A stretch of 64,000 nucleotides of DNA from Escherichia coli (GCF_036507355.1 NZ_AP027877.1); one strand, 5' to 3'; positions 1 through 14,030 are shown, counted from the first letter of the stretch. Numbers and translations are program-made. Notes: a model not told the origin generated them from the letters alone.

Positions 1-1503
1 CCTACCAATACGTCGAACTCGCCCAGACGCAAGTCGCGGATGATTTCCATACGCTCGACGGTGTCGATATCTGAGTGAAGATAACGCACGCGCTCACCGT
101 GTTCTTCGAGATATTCGGTAAGATCTTCCGCCATTCGCTTGGTCAGTGTGGTGACCAGTACGCGTTCGTTAATTGCCGCTCGCTGACGAATCTCCGAAAG
201 AAGATCATCAACCTGTGTCGCCACTGGCCGCACTTCGATAATCGGATCAAGCAATCCGGTTGGACGCACCACCTGATCCACCACATCGCCGCCGGATTTT
301 TCCAGCTCGTAATTACCCGGCGTCGCCGAAACATAGATGGTTTGCGGCGCTAATGCTTCGAACTCTTCAAATTTCAGCGGACGGTTATCCAGCGCTGATG
401 GCAGGCGGAAGCCGTACTCCACCAGTGTCTCTTTACGCGCCCGGTCACCGCGATACATGCCGCCAATTTGTGGAATGGTGACATGAGATTCATCGACCAC
501 CAGCAGCCCATCGGCAGGCAGGTAATCAAACAGCGTCGGCGGTGGCTCACCCGGTCCACGACCGGAGAGGAAGCGCGAGTAGTTTTCAATCCCCGAACAG
601 TAGCCCAGCTCGTTCATCATCTCCAGATCAAACTGGGTACGCTGGGTCAGCCGCTGCTCTTCCAGCAGTTTGTTGTTTTCCAATAGCACTTTGCGTCTGG
701 CGGCCAGCTCTTCTTTGATCTCCTCCATCGCCTGTACGATGCGCTCGCGCGGTGTGACGTAGTGCGTTTTCGGGTAGATGGTAAAACGTGGAATGGTGGA
801 AACAATCTGCCCGGTTAGCGGGTCAAATAACGACAATCGTTCCACTTCCTCGTCAAACAGTTCCACGCGAAGTGCAATGTCATCCGATTCTGCCGGGAAG
901 ATATCAATCACCTCGCCACGAACACGGAAAGTACCACGCTGGAATGCTTGATCATTACGAGCGTATTGCAGCTCCGCCAGTCGGCGCAGAATCGCGCGCT
1001 GATCGATAATCATACCGACCGTGAGATGGAGCATCATCTTGAGATATAAATCAGGATCGCCCAGACCATAAATCGCGGAAACAGACGCGACCACAACCAC
1101 ATCACGCCGCTCCAGCATCGCTTTGGTGGCGGACAAACGCATCTGTTCGATATGTTCGTTTACCGAGGCATCTTTCTCAATGAAGGTGTCGGAACTCGGT
1201 ACATAGGCTTCTGGCTGATAGTAGTCGTAGTAGGAGACGAAATATTCCACCGCGTTTTCCGGGAAGAACTCTTTCATTTCGCCATACAGCTGGGCCGCCA
1301 GCGTTTTGTTGGGCGCAAGTACCATGGTAGGGCGCTGAAGGTCAGCAATGACATTGGCAATGGTGAAGGTTTTCCCGGAACCAGTCACACCAAGTAACGT
1401 CTGGTGCGCCAGGCCATCTTCCAGCCCCTCTTCGAGACGTCGAATCGCCTCTGGCTGATCGCCAGAAGGTTTAAAAGCGGAATTCAGTTTGAACGGTTTA
1501 CTC
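1..1503 (-). CDS. uvrB: Excinuclease ABC subunit B, 3' end truncated by window edge
   Basis: Minus-strand ATG at 1501-1503 gives [13 protein letters not shown]...; reading frame continues to position 1. Conserved position downstream of bioD. Confidence 0.93.
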
Positions 1504-1578
1504 ATGAGTCGCTACCTGAAGGAGTTGGGCGGGCAGGTATGTAATTTTACTCGTCGTACTTAATTATGCCAACAAATT

Positions 1579-1599
1579 ACACTGGATAAAAAAACAGTT
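1579..1599 (-). promoter_or_regulatory. LexA (SOS) box in uvrB promoter region
   Basis: Minus strand reads CTGT-ttttttatc-CAG, close to the CTGT-N8-ACAG SOS box consensus, about 80 bp upstream of the uvrB start. Confidence 0.55.
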
Positions 1600-2083
1600 C
1601 ATCACCATAATATTTCTGTTACAGCGTAAACTCCGCTGTCAATCATGAGCAAAATTTACTCTGTGGCGAGATAAAACTCGGGCCTTACCGGGTTATCCCC
1701 AAAGCAACGGCTTTTTTAACATTTGTCAAGATGAGTGATGACAGTTTTATGGCAAGAGATGCCTCTTCAGTGACTGCCATTGCAATTATCTAACCAGTTA
1801 AAAAATAAAAGATATTTCTTTGAGCCGTCTTTAACGCCAATTCGCGTGCAAGCCGCGTATTCTCTCGCTTGCCTCGTGTTTTCTAACTCTAATACACATG
1901 GTTATCCACAGGAATAGTGGATAACTGTCTGCAGCCCCTATCCCCTGCCGCCTGGGCAATTCCCACATTCGTCGCATGATGCGGAAGTAAAATTTTTTTC
2001 GTGATTATTTTAGAATTTAGTTGGTTAAATTGCAGTCAATCGAAGACGCGATCTCGCTCGCAATTTAACCAAATACAGAATGG

Positions 2084-2761
2084 CTACAACAAGGCAAGGT
2101 TTATGTACTTTCCGGTTGCCGCATTTTCTGGATTTTCTGCAAGCCAGGGGATCTCTCCCAGCAGCGGCGCGGGAATCATGCGGGTGAGCGTGGTCATATA
2201 TTCAGAGTGACGTTTTCCAGGAGGCGTAACATCGTTCGCCACCCAACCCGCCAGCGTCAGTCCGGCGTGTTGTATTGCCTGTGCAGTCAACATCGCGTGA
2301 TTAATACAGCCGAGTTTCACGCCAACCACCAGTATTACCGGCAGTTGTTCCTGTGTTACCCAATCCGCAAAAGTGAAAGTGTCAGAAAGGGGCGTAAACC
2401 AGCCGCCAGCGCCTTCCACTAACACCCAGTCAGCCTGTTGTTCAAGCGCGCGTAATCCGGAGCTCATTACCGATGATTCTATCGGCCTGCCCTCTTGCGC
2501 GCTGATGATGTGCGGTGAGGTGGGTTCTGCGAAGGTGTAAGGATTTACCGTTGCGTAATCCAGCTGCAGGCTGCTGTTGCGCTGTAACGCCAGCGCGTCA
2601 CTATTACGTAAACCCTCCGGGGTCTTTTCGCTGCCAGAGGCGACCGGTTTATAACCTGCCGTCCGATAGCCTGCTGCCTTTGCGGCTTGTAAAAGTGCAC
2701 AACTGGCGACAGTTTTCCCCACTTCGGTATCCGTTCCGGTGACAAAATAACGTTTACTCAC
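2084..2761 (-). CDS. bioD: Dethiobiotin synthetase
   Basis: Translation (V)[16 protein letters not shown]... with P-loop; apparent GTG start at 2759-2761 overlapping the bioC stop; the ORF-track M at 2767 is a TTG codon. Confidence 0.93.
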   Translation of the reverse strand: MSKRYFVTGTDTEVGKTVASCALLQAAKAAGYRTAGYKPVASGSEKTPEGLRNSDALALQRNSSLQLDYATVNPYTFAEPTSPHIISAQEGRPIESSVMSSGLRALEQQADWVLVEGAGGWFTPLSDTFTFADWVTQEQLPVILVVGVKLGCINHAMLTAQAIQHAGLTLAGWVANDVTPPGKRHSEYMTTLTRMIPAPLLGEIPWLAENPENAATGKYINLALL

Positions 2762-3509
2762 GAACAATCACTCCCAAAAAAAGATGATACGTCAGAGGAT
2801 ATCGCCCCTGTTGTTGCGGCCAGGCCAGTTGCAATCGCTGCAACTGTGAACGCGTTAATATTCGCTGGTCGCGCCCTTCATGAAGATGCGTGGCACCGAT
2901 GCCTTTCAGCGAACGCATGGCACTGAGCGCATCATCAAACCATAGTGTGATGGGCTGAATACGATGTTGATAATGCACGCCGTTCAGCGACTGTTCGATT
3001 TCATCTGGCGGTAAAAAGCGATTAGCATGCGGGCGCTCGTCCACCGCCTGCCACGCCTGATGCAGTTCGGGTAACGATCCCTGCACCAGCGTGGTAAACG
3101 CGACCACGCCTCCGGGGCGCACCACCCGATACAGCTCGCGGAGTGCCGTTGATAAATTACCGCACCACTGCACCGCGAGATTGCTCCATGCAAGATCGAA
3201 CGTCGCAGTCGCTAACGGCAGGGATTCGATATCTCCCGCCAGATAATGGTCTGCAGCATCTTTCTGGCGGGCTTGCGCAAGCATTGGCGGCGAGAGATCT
3301 AACGCCGTCACCTGCGCGTGACGCTCTCGCCAGTGGCGGCTCATCCAGCCAGGCCCACACCCCGCGTCCAGTACGTGGGTGTATTTACGCTGTGGGAGCA
3401 TTGCCAGTAAGACATCAGCACTCTGGCGCTGTAACTCTGCGTGTTGCTCATAGTGCGCGGCTGCCCGACCAAATGCCGCTGCAATGGCTTGTTTATTAAC
3501 CGTTGCCAT
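2754..3509 (-). CDS. bioC: Malonyl-ACP O-methyltransferase
   Basis: [24 protein letters not shown]... with SAM-methyltransferase motif DAGCGPG; start trimmed from the ORF-track 3548 to the internal Met. Confidence 0.92.
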   Translation of the reverse strand: MATVNKQAIAAAFGRAAAHYEQHAELQRQSADVLLAMLPQRKYTHVLDAGCGPGWMSRHWRERHAQVTALDLSPPMLAQARQKDAADHYLAGDIESLPLATATFDLAWSNLAVQWCGNLSTALRELYRVVRPGGVVAFTTLVQGSLPELHQAWQAVDERPHANRFLPPDEIEQSLNGVHYQHRIQPITLWFDDALSAMRSLKGIGATHLHEGRDQRILTRSQLQRLQLAWPQQQGRYPLTYHLFLGVIVRE

Positions 3510-4650
3510 GCAGCACCTCCAGCAGACGGTCGATATCCTGCATTTCATGCGCGGCGGTTAGCGTTAAGCGCAGTCGCGCAGTACCAGAGGGTACGGTTGG
3601 CGGGCGAATCGCCGTGACCCAGCAGCCTTGCTGGCGCAGTTTTTCTGCCAGTTGTAACGCACGGCTGTTATCACCGACGATCAATGGCTGGATGGCGCTG
3701 CATGAATCAGCAAGCGTAAACGGCAAATCCTGTACTCCGGCACGAAAACGCGTAATGAGTGCCGCCAGTTTTTCGCGCCGTGCATCACCCTCATCACTGC
3801 GAATGACCGCCAGTGACGCACGTAATGCCTGCGCCTGAGCGGGCGGCATACTGGTGCTGTAGATAAGATGGCGGGCGAATTGCAGCAGATAATCCGCCAC
3901 CGTATTGGAGCAAAGCACCGCTGCCCCGCTGACGCCAAATCCTTTGCCAAAAGTCACTACCAGCAATTCTGGTTTTACCTTTTGCAACCAGCAGGTGCCG
4001 CGCCCCTGCTCCCCGATAACGCCCGTGCCGTGGGCATCATCGACCATCAACCAGCCATTGTGCTGTTGCGTTACCTGCTGGATTTCCGCCAGTGGCGCAC
4101 AATCGCCGTCCATGCTGAACACGCCTTCTGTCACCACCAGTTGCTGCCCCGGACAGGGGGAAGCAAGCAGTCGCGCCAGATGAGCGACATCGTTATGGAT
4201 AAAACGGCGAAGCTGCGACGGGCTTAAACTGGCAGCCTCCAGCAATGAGGCATGGCTAAGCCGGTCGGCAACAATACGGTCCTCTTTCGCCATCATCGCG
4301 GCAATGACCGCCTGATTAGCGGCAAAACCAGAGATAAATAGCAGTGCCCGCGAATAGCCCAGCCACTCGGCCAGTTCTTCTTCCAGCGCCTGATGCGCAA
4401 CGCTATAACCACTGACGTGACCGGAACCGCCGCTACCGACGCCAAATTGCTCCGCCCCCTGCTTCCAGGCACGGATAATTTGCGGATGATGGCTTAAACC
4501 TAAATAATCGTTACTGGAAAAATTCAGATACTGGCGATCGTCCGCCACCAGCCAGCGTCCGGCTCCTTGCGCCACCGGATAACGGCGACGCAGGGCATCG
4601 GCAGCACGCCGCGCATCGAGCGCCGCGTTGATTTTCTCCTGCCAGCTCAT
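3496..4650 (-). CDS. bioF: 8-amino-7-oxononanoate synthase
   Basis: 384-aa PLP-dependent enzyme [25 protein letters not shown]...; in operon order between bioB and bioC. Confidence 0.95.
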   Translation of the reverse strand: MSWQEKINAALDARRAADALRRRYPVAQGAGRWLVADDRQYLNFSSNDYLGLSHHPQIIRAWKQGAEQFGVGSGGSGHVSGYSVAHQALEEELAEWLGYSRALLFISGFAANQAVIAAMMAKEDRIVADRLSHASLLEAASLSPSQLRRFIHNDVAHLARLLASPCPGQQLVVTEGVFSMDGDCAPLAEIQQVTQQHNGWLMVDDAHGTGVIGEQGRGTCWLQKVKPELLVVTFGKGFGVSGAAVLCSNTVADYLLQFARHLIYSTSMPPAQAQALRASLAVIRSDEGDARREKLAALITRFRAGVQDLPFTLADSCSAIQPLIVGDNSRALQLAEKLRQQGCWVTAIRPPTVPSGTARLRLTLTAAHEMQDIDRLLEVLHGNG

Positions 4651-5687
4651 CGTGCTGCCGCGTTGTAATATTCGTCAGTGTCCGGGGTCATCAGTGCCTG
4701 CTCCAGACGCTGCTGTTGTTCGTTATCCCCTGCCAGCACGGCAGTTTGCTGCGGATTTAACCCCAGTTTGCGAAACAGTTGCAGGTCTTTATCTTCTTCC
4801 GGATTCGGCGTAGTCAGCAGTTTGCAGCCGTAGAAAATCGAGTTTGCGCCAGCCATAAAGCACATTGCCTGTGTCTGTTCATTCATCTGCTCACGTCCGG
4901 CAGAAAGGCGTACGTAAGAGGTCGGCATCATGATCCGCGCTACGGCAATGGTGCGAATAAAATCAAAGGCATCGACATCATCGTTATCCGCCAGCGGCGT
5001 GCCTTTCACCTTCACCAGCATGTTGATTGGTACGCTTTCCGGCGGCGTCGGCAGGTTTGCCAGTTGCAGCAATAATCCGGCGCGATCTTTTACCGTTTCG
5101 CCTAAGCCAACAATGCCACCAGAACAGACTTTGATCCCGGCATCGCGCACTTTTTCCAGCGTATCGAGGCGTTCCTGATAAGTGCGGGTGGTGATGATAT
5201 TGCCGTAAAACTCCGGCGAGGTGTCGAGGTTGTGGTTGTAGTAATCCAGCCCGGCGTTCGCGAGGCGCTGCGCCTGAGATTCACTCAACGTGCCCAGCGT
5301 CATACACGCCTCCAGCCCCATCGCTTTTACCCCCTGCACCATCTGCTCCAGGTACGGCATATCGCGTTCGTGGGGATTCTTCCACGCCGCGCCCATGCAA
5401 AAACGCGTCGATCCCGCCGCTTTCGCTTTGCGCGCCGACTCCAGCACCTGTTCAACTTCCATCAACCGCTCGGCTTCCAGCCCGGTTTTATAGCGCGAGC
5501 TTTGCGGGCAATATTTGCAATCTTCCGGGCAAGCACCGGTTTTAATCGACAGTAACGTGCTGACCTGCACCTGACGAGGATCGAAATGCTGGCGATGCAC
5601 CTGCTGCGCTTCAAACAGCAGATCCAGCAACGGTTTTTCAAATAATTCTGTGACTTGCGACAATGTCCAGCGTGGGCGGTGAGCCAT
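4647..5687 (-). CDS. bioB: Biotin synthase (radical SAM)
   Basis: 346 aa with [10 protein letters not shown] radical-SAM cysteine motif; divergent from bioA. Confidence 0.96.
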   Translation of the reverse strand: MAHRPRWTLSQVTELFEKPLLDLLFEAQQVHRQHFDPRQVQVSTLLSIKTGACPEDCKYCPQSSRYKTGLEAERLMEVEQVLESARKAKAAGSTRFCMGAAWKNPHERDMPYLEQMVQGVKAMGLEACMTLGTLSESQAQRLANAGLDYYNHNLDTSPEFYGNIITTRTYQERLDTLEKVRDAGIKVCSGGIVGLGETVKDRAGLLLQLANLPTPPESVPINMLVKVKGTPLADNDDVDAFDFIRTIAVARIMMPTSYVRLSAGREQMNEQTQAMCFMAGANSIFYGCKLLTTPNPEEDKDLQLFRKLGLNPQQTAVLAGDNEQQQRLEQALMTPDTDEYYNAAAR

Positions 5688-5732
5688 GGGGCTTCTCCAA
5701 AACGTGTTTTTTGTTGTTAATTCGGTGTAGAC

Positions 5733-5766
5733 TTGTAAACCTAAATCTTTTCAATTTGGTTTACAA
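5733..5766. promoter_or_regulatory. bio operator (BirA-binding palindrome) in the divergent bioA/bioBFCD promoter region
   Basis: Inverted repeat ttgtaaacc...ggtttacaa lying between the divergent bioB and bioA starts. Confidence 0.8.
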
Positions 5767-5773
5767 GTCGATT

Positions 5774-7063
5774 ATGACAACGGACGATCTTGCCTTTGAC
5801 CAACGCCATATCTGGCACCCATACACATCCATGACCTCCCCGCTGCCGGTTTATCCGGTGGCGAGCGCCGAAGGTTGCGAGCTAATTTTGTCTGACGGCA
5901 GACGCCTGGTTGACGGTATGTCGTCCTGGTGGGCGGCGATCCACGGCTACAATCACCCGCAGCTTAATGCGGCGATGAAGACGCAAATTGATGCCATGTC
6001 GCATGTGATGTTTGGCGGTATCACTCATGCGCCAGCCATTGAGCTGTGCCGCAAACTGGTGGCGATGACGCCGCAACCGCTGGAGTGCGTTTTTCTCGCG
6101 GACTCCGGTTCTGTAGCGGTGGAAGTGGCGATGAAAATGGCGTTGCAGTACTGGCAAGCCAAAGGCGAAGCGCGCCAGCATTTTCTGACCTTCCGCAATG
6201 GTTATCATGGCGATACCTTTGGCGCGATGTCGGTGTGCGATCCGGACAACTCAATGCACAGCCTGTGGAAAGGCTATCTGCCAGAAAACTTGTTTGCTCC
6301 CGCCCCGCAAAGCCGCATGGATGGTGAATGGGATGAGCGCGATATGGTGGGCTTTGCCCGCCTGATGGCGGCGCATCGTCATGAAATCGCGGCGGTGATC
6401 ATTGAACCGATTGTCCAGGGCGCAGGCGGGATGCGCATGTACCATCCGGAATGGTTAAAACGAATCCGCAAAATGTGCGATCGCGAAGGTATCTTGCTGA
6501 TTGCCGACGAGATCGCCACCGGATTTGGTCGTACCGGCAAACTGTTTGCCTGTGAACATGCAGAAATCGCGCCGGACATTTTGTGCCTCGGTAAAGCCTT
6601 AACCGGCGGCACAATGACCCTTTCCGCCACACTCACCACGCGCGAGGTTGCGGAAACCATTAGTAACGGCGAAGCCGGTTGCTTTATGCATGGGCCAACT
6701 TTTATGGGTAATCCGCTGGCCTGCGCGGCAGCAAACGCCAGCCTCGCCATTATCGAAACTGGTGAATGGCAACAGCAGGTGGCGGCTATTGAAGCGCAGC
6801 TACGCGAGCAATTGGCCCCCGCCCGTGATGCCGAAATGGTTGCCGATGTGCGCGTGCTGGGAGCAATCGGCGTAGTCGAAACAACTCGTCCGGTGAATAT
6901 GGCGGCGCTGCAAAAATTCTTTGTCGAACAGGGTATCTGGATCCGGCCTTTTGGCAAACTGATTTACCTGATGCCGCCCTATATTATTCTCCCGCAACAG
7001 TTGCAGCGTCTGACCGCAGCGGTTAACCGCGCGGTACAGGATGAAACATTTTTTTGCCAATAA
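5774..7063 (+). CDS. bioA: Adenosylmethionine-8-amino-7-oxononanoate aminotransferase
   Basis: ATG at 5774 gives [19 protein letters not shown]... (429 aa); the ORF-track start at 5663 is an upstream extension. Confidence 0.95.
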   Translation: MTTDDLAFDQRHIWHPYTSMTSPLPVYPVASAEGCELILSDGRRLVDGMSSWWAAIHGYNHPQLNAAMKTQIDAMSHVMFGGITHAPAIELCRKLVAMTPQPLECVFLADSGSVAVEVAMKMALQYWQAKGEARQHFLTFRNGYHGDTFGAMSVCDPDNSMHSLWKGYLPENLFAPAPQSRMDGEWDERDMVGFARLMAAHRHEIAAVIIEPIVQGAGGMRMYHPEWLKRIRKMCDREGILLIADEIATGFGRTGKLFACEHAEIAPDILCLGKALTGGTMTLSATLTTREVAETISNGEAGCFMHGPTFMGNPLACAAANASLAIIETGEWQQQVAAIEAQLREQLAPARDAEMVADVRVLGAIGVVETTRPVNMAALQKFFVEQGIWIRPFGKLIYLMPPYIILPQQLQRLTAAVNRAVQDETFFCQ

Positions 7064-7099
7064 CGGGAAGTCAGCGAGAGGGTTTCTGGCTACACTTTC

Positions 7100-8398
7100 T
7101 GCAAACTAGAAAGGAGGGTTCTTGACGGCTCCCCGCCCCGAATGACGGGGATTCCCACTTCAACGAGCCGAACCTAAGCCGCGTGCTGCGATTCAGGGTT
7201 TACAGGCTCTCCGTGGGCTAACACTGCCAACCCGGCAGCTTTAATATTACGTGCCGCGTTAATGTCGCGATCATAGTCTGCGCCGCATTCAGGGCAGTGC
7301 CATTTACGAACATTAAGAGGCATTTTTTGCATGGTGAAACCGCAGCAACTACAGCATTTTGAGGACGGTAAATACTGGTCAATGGCGACCACTGACCGCT
7401 CGGCCCATTTGCCTTTGTACTGGAGCTGGCGAACAAGTTCGCTCCAGCCTGCGTCAGCTATTGCTTTAGACAGCTTCGGGTTGCGGATCATGTTTTTCAC
7501 CTTGAGGGATTCGACGCAAACAACTTGGTTTTCGTTAATCAGTTTGCGGGACAACTTGTGCAGATTGTCCATCCGGCAATCGGCGATTTTCGCGTGGAGT
7601 CGGGCGACCTTTAAGCGGGCTTTAATACGGTTTCTTGAGCCTTTTTGCTTCCTGCTTAAACATCGCTGTAGCAGCGTTAATCGCTTCGCATATTTAGCGG
7701 TGTGGCGGGGATTGTCGGTTTTGAATCCGGTATCGGTAACGAATAAATCTTTTAAGCCCACATCAATGCCGACCGTTTTAGCGGTAACAGGCATTGATAC
7801 AGGTTCAAACTCACACAGGCAGGAAACAAAGTACCTGCCAGCGCTATCTCTGGAAATGGTAACGGTTGACGGCGCAGAGGGTAATTCTCGACTCCAGCGA
7901 ACATCCAGCGGCGACTTGCTTTTGCTATATACAACTCGCCGTCACGGTGTTTAAACGCGCTGGCAGTGAACTCAGCCACCTGTTTGTGCCGTTTGCTTTT
8001 GAAAGCCGGATATGCAGCTCGTCCGGCAAAGAAGTTAGCAAAGGCGGCTTGTTGGTGGCGCAACGACTGCTGGAGGGGACATTCAGCCATATGTATTCAG
8101 GCTCTTTTTTGAGCGCCGTAAGGCGAGCGTTGGCCTGTAGATAACCGATCTTTTCCTTTCGCTCGTAGTACGCATCGGTACGCCAACGAAGGATGGAATT
8201 GTAGACGAAGCGCACACAGCCGAACGTCTGAGCTAAAAGCTCAGCCTGCTCAGTTGTCGGGTAAAACCGGTATTTATATGCGCGTTTCATGTGTTCACAT
8301 ACTAAAGAGGAAAATGTGATTATGCAAAGTACAGTTAGTCGGAAAACCGCCTCCTTTCCTCCCCGGCCTGAAGGCCGAGGTTTCCCGGAGGCATTCTA
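7100..8398 (-). mobile_element. IS200/IS605-family tnpB-only element (IS609-like), boundaries approximate
   Basis: TnpB-like coding region flanked by hairpin-forming ends (ccccg...cgggg near 7127-7150; cggcctgaaggccg near 8350-8395); no tnpA; occupies the bioA-ybhB spacer. Confidence 0.6.
7174..8290 (-). pseudogene. tnpB: tnpB (IS605 OrfB-type RNA-guided nuclease homolog) interrupted by two frameshifts
   Basis: Three overlapping minus-strand frames (7925..8290 MKRAYKYRFYPT...; 7752..8090 ...FFAGRAAYPAFKSKRHKQ...; 7174..7794 ...CCSCCGFTMQ...CPECGADYDRDINAARNI) together span one TnpB-length protein with the C-terminal zinc finger. Confidence 0.7.
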
Positions 8399-8875
8399 AT
8401 GAAACTCATCAGTAACGATCTGCGCGATGGCGATAAGTTGCCGCATCGTCATGTCTTTAACGGCATGGGTTACGATGGCGATAATATTTCACCGCATCTG
8501 GCGTGGGATGATGTTCCTGCGGGAACGAAAAGTTTTGTTGTCACCTGCTACGACCCGGATGCGCCAACCGGCTCCGGCTGGTGGCACTGGGTAGTTGTTA
8601 ATTTACCCGCTGATACCCGCGTATTACCGCAAGGGTTTGGCTCTGGTCTGGTAGCAATGCCAGACGGCGTTTTGCAGACGCGTACCGATTTTGGTAAAAC
8701 CGGATACGATGGCGCAGCGCCGCCGAAAGGCGAAACCCATCGCTACATTTTTACCGTTCACGCGCTGGATGTAGAGCGTATTGATGTCGATGAAGGAGCC
8801 AGCGGCGCGATGGTCGGGTTTAACGTTCATTTCCACTCTCTGGCAAGCGCCTCGATTACGGCGATGTTTAGTTAA
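8399..8875 (+). CDS. ybhB: PEBP/YbhB-family protein
   Basis: 158-aa ORF MKLISNDLRDGDKLPHRHVF... in the conserved position next to bioA. Confidence 0.9.
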   Translation: MKLISNDLRDGDKLPHRHVFNGMGYDGDNISPHLAWDDVPAGTKSFVVTCYDPDAPTGSGWWHWVVVNLPADTRVLPQGFGSGLVAMPDGVLQTRTDFGKTGYDGAAPPKGETHRYIFTVHALDVERIDVDEGASGAMVGFNVHFHSLASASITAMFS

Positions 8876-9026
8876 TCACTCTGCCAGATGGCGCAATGCT
8901 ATCTGGTATCACTTAAAGGTATTAAAAACAACTTTTTGTCTTTTTACCTTCCCGTTTCGCTCAAGTTAGTATAAAAAAGCAGGCTTCAACGGATTCATTT
9001 TTCTATTTCATAGCCCGGAGCAACCT

Positions 9027-10310
9027 GTGAACACATTTTCAGTTTCCCGTCTGGCGCTGGCATTGGCTTTTGGCGTGACGCTGACCGCCTGTAGCTCAAC
9101 ACCACCCGATCAACGTCCTTCTGATCAAACTGCGCCTGGTACCTCTTCTCGCCCGATTCTGTCGGCAAAAGAAGCGCAGAATTTCGATGCTCAACACTAT
9201 TTTGCATCCCTGACACCAGGTGCTGCAGCGTGGAATCCTTCCCCGATTACCCTGCCTACACAACCTGACTTTGTTGTCGGCCCGGCGGGTACTCAAGGTG
9301 TAACGCATACCACGATTCAGGCGGCGGTAGATGCGGCAATTATCAAGCGTACCAACAAGCGCCAGTATATTGCCGTGATGCCTGGTGAGTATCAGGGAAC
9401 GGTGTATGTCCCTGCCGCTCCGGGTGGAATTACTCTGTACGGTACAGGTGAAAAACCGATTGATGTGAAGATTGGGCTTTCCCTTGATGGGGGTATGAGC
9501 CCTGCCGACTGGCGTCACGACGTCAACCCGCGCGGCAAATATATGCCAGGTAAACCAGCGTGGTATATGTACGATAGCTGCCAGAGCAAACGCAGCGACA
9601 GTATCGGTGTTCTCTGCTCTGCGGTCTTCTGGTCACAAAACAATGGCCTGCAACTGCAAAACCTGACCATCGAAAACACGCTGGGCGATAGCGTAGATGC
9701 GGGTAACCATCCGGCGGTGGCACTGCGTACTGATGGTGACCAGGTACAGATTAACAACGTTAACATTCTCGGTCGTCAGAACACCTTCTTTGTCACCAAC
9801 AGCGGTGTGCAGAACCGTCTGGAAACCAACCGTCAGCCGCGTACGCTGGTGACCAACAGCTATATTGAAGGGGATGTGGATATCGTTTCTGGTCGCGGTG
9901 CAGTGGTGTTCGATAACACCGAATTCCGCGTGGTGAACTCACGTACTCAGCAAGAAGCGTATGTGTTTGCACCGGCTACGCTGTCCAACATCTATTACGG
10001 TTTCCTCGCCGTAAACAGCCGTTTCAATGCTTCCGGTGATGGCGTGGCGCAACTGGGCCGCTCGCTGGATGTTGATGCCAATACCAACGGTCAGGTGGTG
10101 ATCCGTGATAGCGCCATCAACGAAGGTTTTAACACGGTTAAACCGTGGGGCGATGCGGTGATCTCTAATCGTCCGTTTGCGGGTAATACCGGCAGCGTTG
10201 ACGATAGCGACGAAATACAGCGCAATCTGAATGACACTAACTACAACCGCATGTGGGAATACAATAACCGCGGCGTGGGTAGCAAAGTGGTTGCAGAGGC
10301 GAAGAAGTAA
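9027..10310 (+). CDS. ybhC: Outer-membrane lipoprotein YbhC (pectinesterase-like fold)
   Basis: GTG start; lipoprotein signal ...LTACSS; 427 aa. Confidence 0.9.
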   Translation: MNTFSVSRLALALAFGVTLTACSSTPPDQRPSDQTAPGTSSRPILSAKEAQNFDAQHYFASLTPGAAAWNPSPITLPTQPDFVVGPAGTQGVTHTTIQAAVDAAIIKRTNKRQYIAVMPGEYQGTVYVPAAPGGITLYGTGEKPIDVKIGLSLDGGMSPADWRHDVNPRGKYMPGKPAWYMYDSCQSKRSDSIGVLCSAVFWSQNNGLQLQNLTIENTLGDSVDAGNHPAVALRTDGDQVQINNVNILGRQNTFFVTNSGVQNRLETNRQPRTLVTNSYIEGDVDIVSGRGAVVFDNTEFRVVNSRTQQEAYVFAPATLSNIYYGFLAVNSRFNASGDGVAQLGRSLDVDANTNGQVVIRDSAINEGFNTVKPWGDAVISNRPFAGNTGSVDDSDEIQRNLNDTNYNRMWEYNNRGVGSKVVAEAKK

Positions 10311-10319
10311 GAGCTATTA

Positions 10320-10434
<115 letters not shown>

Positions 10435-10435
10435 G

Positions 10436-11729
<1,294 letters not shown>

Positions 11730-12809
11730 TTACATCTGACGGTTTTTATTGAAGTTAATCAAACTACCTGCCTTGATAATCTCGCGCTCTTCAGCAGTCA
11801 GACTTTCCATATAGAGCGTAATTTCCGTTACCGGCGCATCTTCATGGATCACATAACCTTTAAACGTCGTACCCGGATTATCCAGCGCCGCTTTAATGCC
11901 AGGGATGTAAATGTAATCCCCCACTTCAAAGGTTGGTACTTCCGCCATTTGCAGCGGTAACATCCCCCAGTTGATGACGTTAGAACGATAGCGTTTAGTC
12001 GCGTACTCCTCGGCAATATTCGCCAGACCGCCAATCACACGCTGGCAGCTCGCCGCCTGTTCACGCGCAGAACCATCGCCTGGTTTCACCGCATAGACCA
12101 TGCTGCCAATTTCAGTTTGCAGCGGATCAATATGCTCCTGACCAGCAATCTGCTTAATGCGCGCAAACACCTCTGTCAGCTCGCTGACATTCCCCGCCAG
12201 ACGCTGATTTTCCAGCTCAGCAGTCGCTTTACTTCTGCCAACATAACCGGGATCGCGGCGAGACAGGGTAAACTCCGCCAGACCAATCGGATTTGAACGA
12301 TAAGAAGAGGTTTCACCGGAAGGGATCAGTTCGTCGGTGGTGGTCACTTCGTCGAGGATCTTCGAGCACACTTTGAGGACGATATTGTCAGTCAGCGCAC
12401 CTAATTCCGGCCAGTCTTTAATGTTCGGTCCGTAAATCAGCGGTTGCTGAGTTGCCCCTTTCACAAAGCCCTGATAAACACGGTTTTTATACGGCGTTAC
12501 ATCGAAGGCGTACTCCGGCACGTTGTCCCAGCAATAAAGTTCGCTGGCAGAAGTTAAATAGCCACCGTTTGCCGCAGTCGCAGCGATAGAACGAGCGTCC
12601 ATCAACGCCACCGCTGACATCTGCCCATTGGCTGGCTTAGAGCCTTCGCGATTCGGGAAGTTACGCGTGGTGTGGCGAATACTCAAACCGTTGTTGATTG
12701 GCGTATCGCCCGCGCCAAAGCATGGGCCGCAAAACGCGGTTCTGATAATTGCGCCTGCGCCAATCAAATCTGCTACCACACCTTTTTTGGCTAAATCCAT
12801 AAACACCGG
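11730..12809 (-). pseudogene. ybhJ: ybhJ (aconitase-family hydratase), C-terminal fragment
   Basis: Aconitase-like C-terminal domain; frame is contiguous with the N-terminal fragment once the IS600-like insertion is removed. Confidence 0.85.
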
Positions 12810-12873
12810 TGAGGTAGCCTGAGTTTAACGGACACTCCTTCCTGAAATAGAATGGCATCAGAAGGAGCTAATA

Positions 12874-13176
12874 ATGAGCAGAAAAACCCAACGTTACTCT
12901 AAAGAGTTCAAAGCCGAAGCTGTCAGAACGGTTCTTGAAAATCAACTTTCGATCAGTGAAGGCGCTTCCCGATTATCTCTTCCTGAAGGCACTTTAGGAC
13001 AATGGGTTACCGCCGCCAGAAAAGGGCTCGGTACTCCTGGTTCCCGCACGGTGGCTGAACTGGAATCTGAAATTCTGCAACTGCGTAAGGCGTTAAATGA
13101 AGCTCGCCTTGAGCGAGATATATTAAAAAAAGCAACAGCGTATTTTGCACAGGAGTCGCTGAAAAATACGCGTTAA
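12874..13176 (+). CDS. IS3-family transposase OrfA (HTH)
   Basis: 100 aa MSRKTQRYSKEFKAEAVRTV... with leucine-zipper-like C-terminus. Confidence 0.85.
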   Translation: MSRKTQRYSKEFKAEAVRTVLENQLSISEGASRLSLPEGTLGQWVTAARKGLGTPGSRTVAELESEILQLRKALNEARLERDILKKATAYFAQESLKNTR

Positions 13177-13211
13177 TCGAACAATGGCGACAACAATTTC
13201 CCATTGAAGCG

Positions 13212-14030
13212 ATGTGTCAGGTATTTGGTGTATCCAGGAGCGGTTATTACAACTGGGTACAGCATGAACCCTCAGACAGAAAACAAAGTGATGAGCGGCT
13301 AAAACTGGAGATTAAGGTGGCACATATCCGCACTCGCGAAACATATGGAACCCGGCGGCTCCAGACGGAGCTGGCAGAGAATGGCATCATCGTTGGTCGT
13401 GACCGACTGGCACGTCTTCGTAAGGAGCTAAGGCTACGCTGTAAGCAGAAACGCAAGTTCAGAGCGACTACGAACTCGAACCACAATCTGCCAGTTGCGC
13501 CAAATCTGCTGAACCAGACGTTCGCTCCTACAGCACCAAATCAGGTCTGGGTGGCGGACCTGACGTATGTTGCCACACAGGAGGGATGGTTGTACCTCGC
13601 TGGCATCAAAGATGTTTATACGTGCGAAATTGTCGGCTACGCCATGGGAGAGCGCATGACAAAAGAGCTGACAGGTAAAGCCCTGTTTATGGCGCTCAGG
13701 AGCCAGCGCCCACCTGCCGGGCTAATCCACCACTCTGATCGAGGTTCACAGTACTGCGCATACGATTACCGGGTCATACAGGAGCAGTTTGGTCTGAAAA
13801 CATCAATGTCGCGTAAAGGTAACTGTTACGACAACGCTCCGATGGAAAGCTTCTGGGGAACGCTGAAAAATGAGAGCCTGAGCCACTATCGTTTTAATAA
13901 CCGGGATGAAGCCATCTCAGTAATACGGGAATACATTGAGATTTTCTACAATCGTCAGCGTCGTCACTCTCGTCTGGGGAATATCTCCCCGGCAGCCTTC
14001 AGGGAAAAATATCATCAGATGGCTGCTTAA
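13212..14030 (+). CDS. IS3-family transposase OrfB (DDE integrase core)
   Basis: 272 aa with rve-type integrase core (...HHSDRGSQY...); would be expressed as an OrfAB fusion by -1 frameshift. Confidence 0.85.
   Translation: MCQVFGVSRSGYYNWVQHEPSDRKQSDERLKLEIKVAHIRTRETYGTRRLQTELAENGIIVGRDRLARLRKELRLRCKQKRKFRATTNSNHNLPVAPNLLNQTFAPTAPNQVWVADLTYVATQEGWLYLAGIKDVYTCEIVGYAMGERMTKELTGKALFMALRSQRPPAGLIHHSDRGSQYCAYDYRVIQEQFGLKTSMSRKGNCYDNAPMESFWGTLKNESLSHYRFNNRDEAISVIREYIEIFYNRQRRHSRLGNISPAAFREKYHQMAA

Noticed and set aside
5663-5773. N-terminal extension of bioA in the ORF track
   Set aside because: It runs through the bio operator and promoter; the conserved BioA N-terminus MTTDDLAF starts at the ATG at 5774.
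7174-8290. Intact, functional TnpB
   Set aside because: The coding sequence is spread over three overlapping frames, so it is called a pseudogene; a sequencing error cannot be excluded without resequencing.
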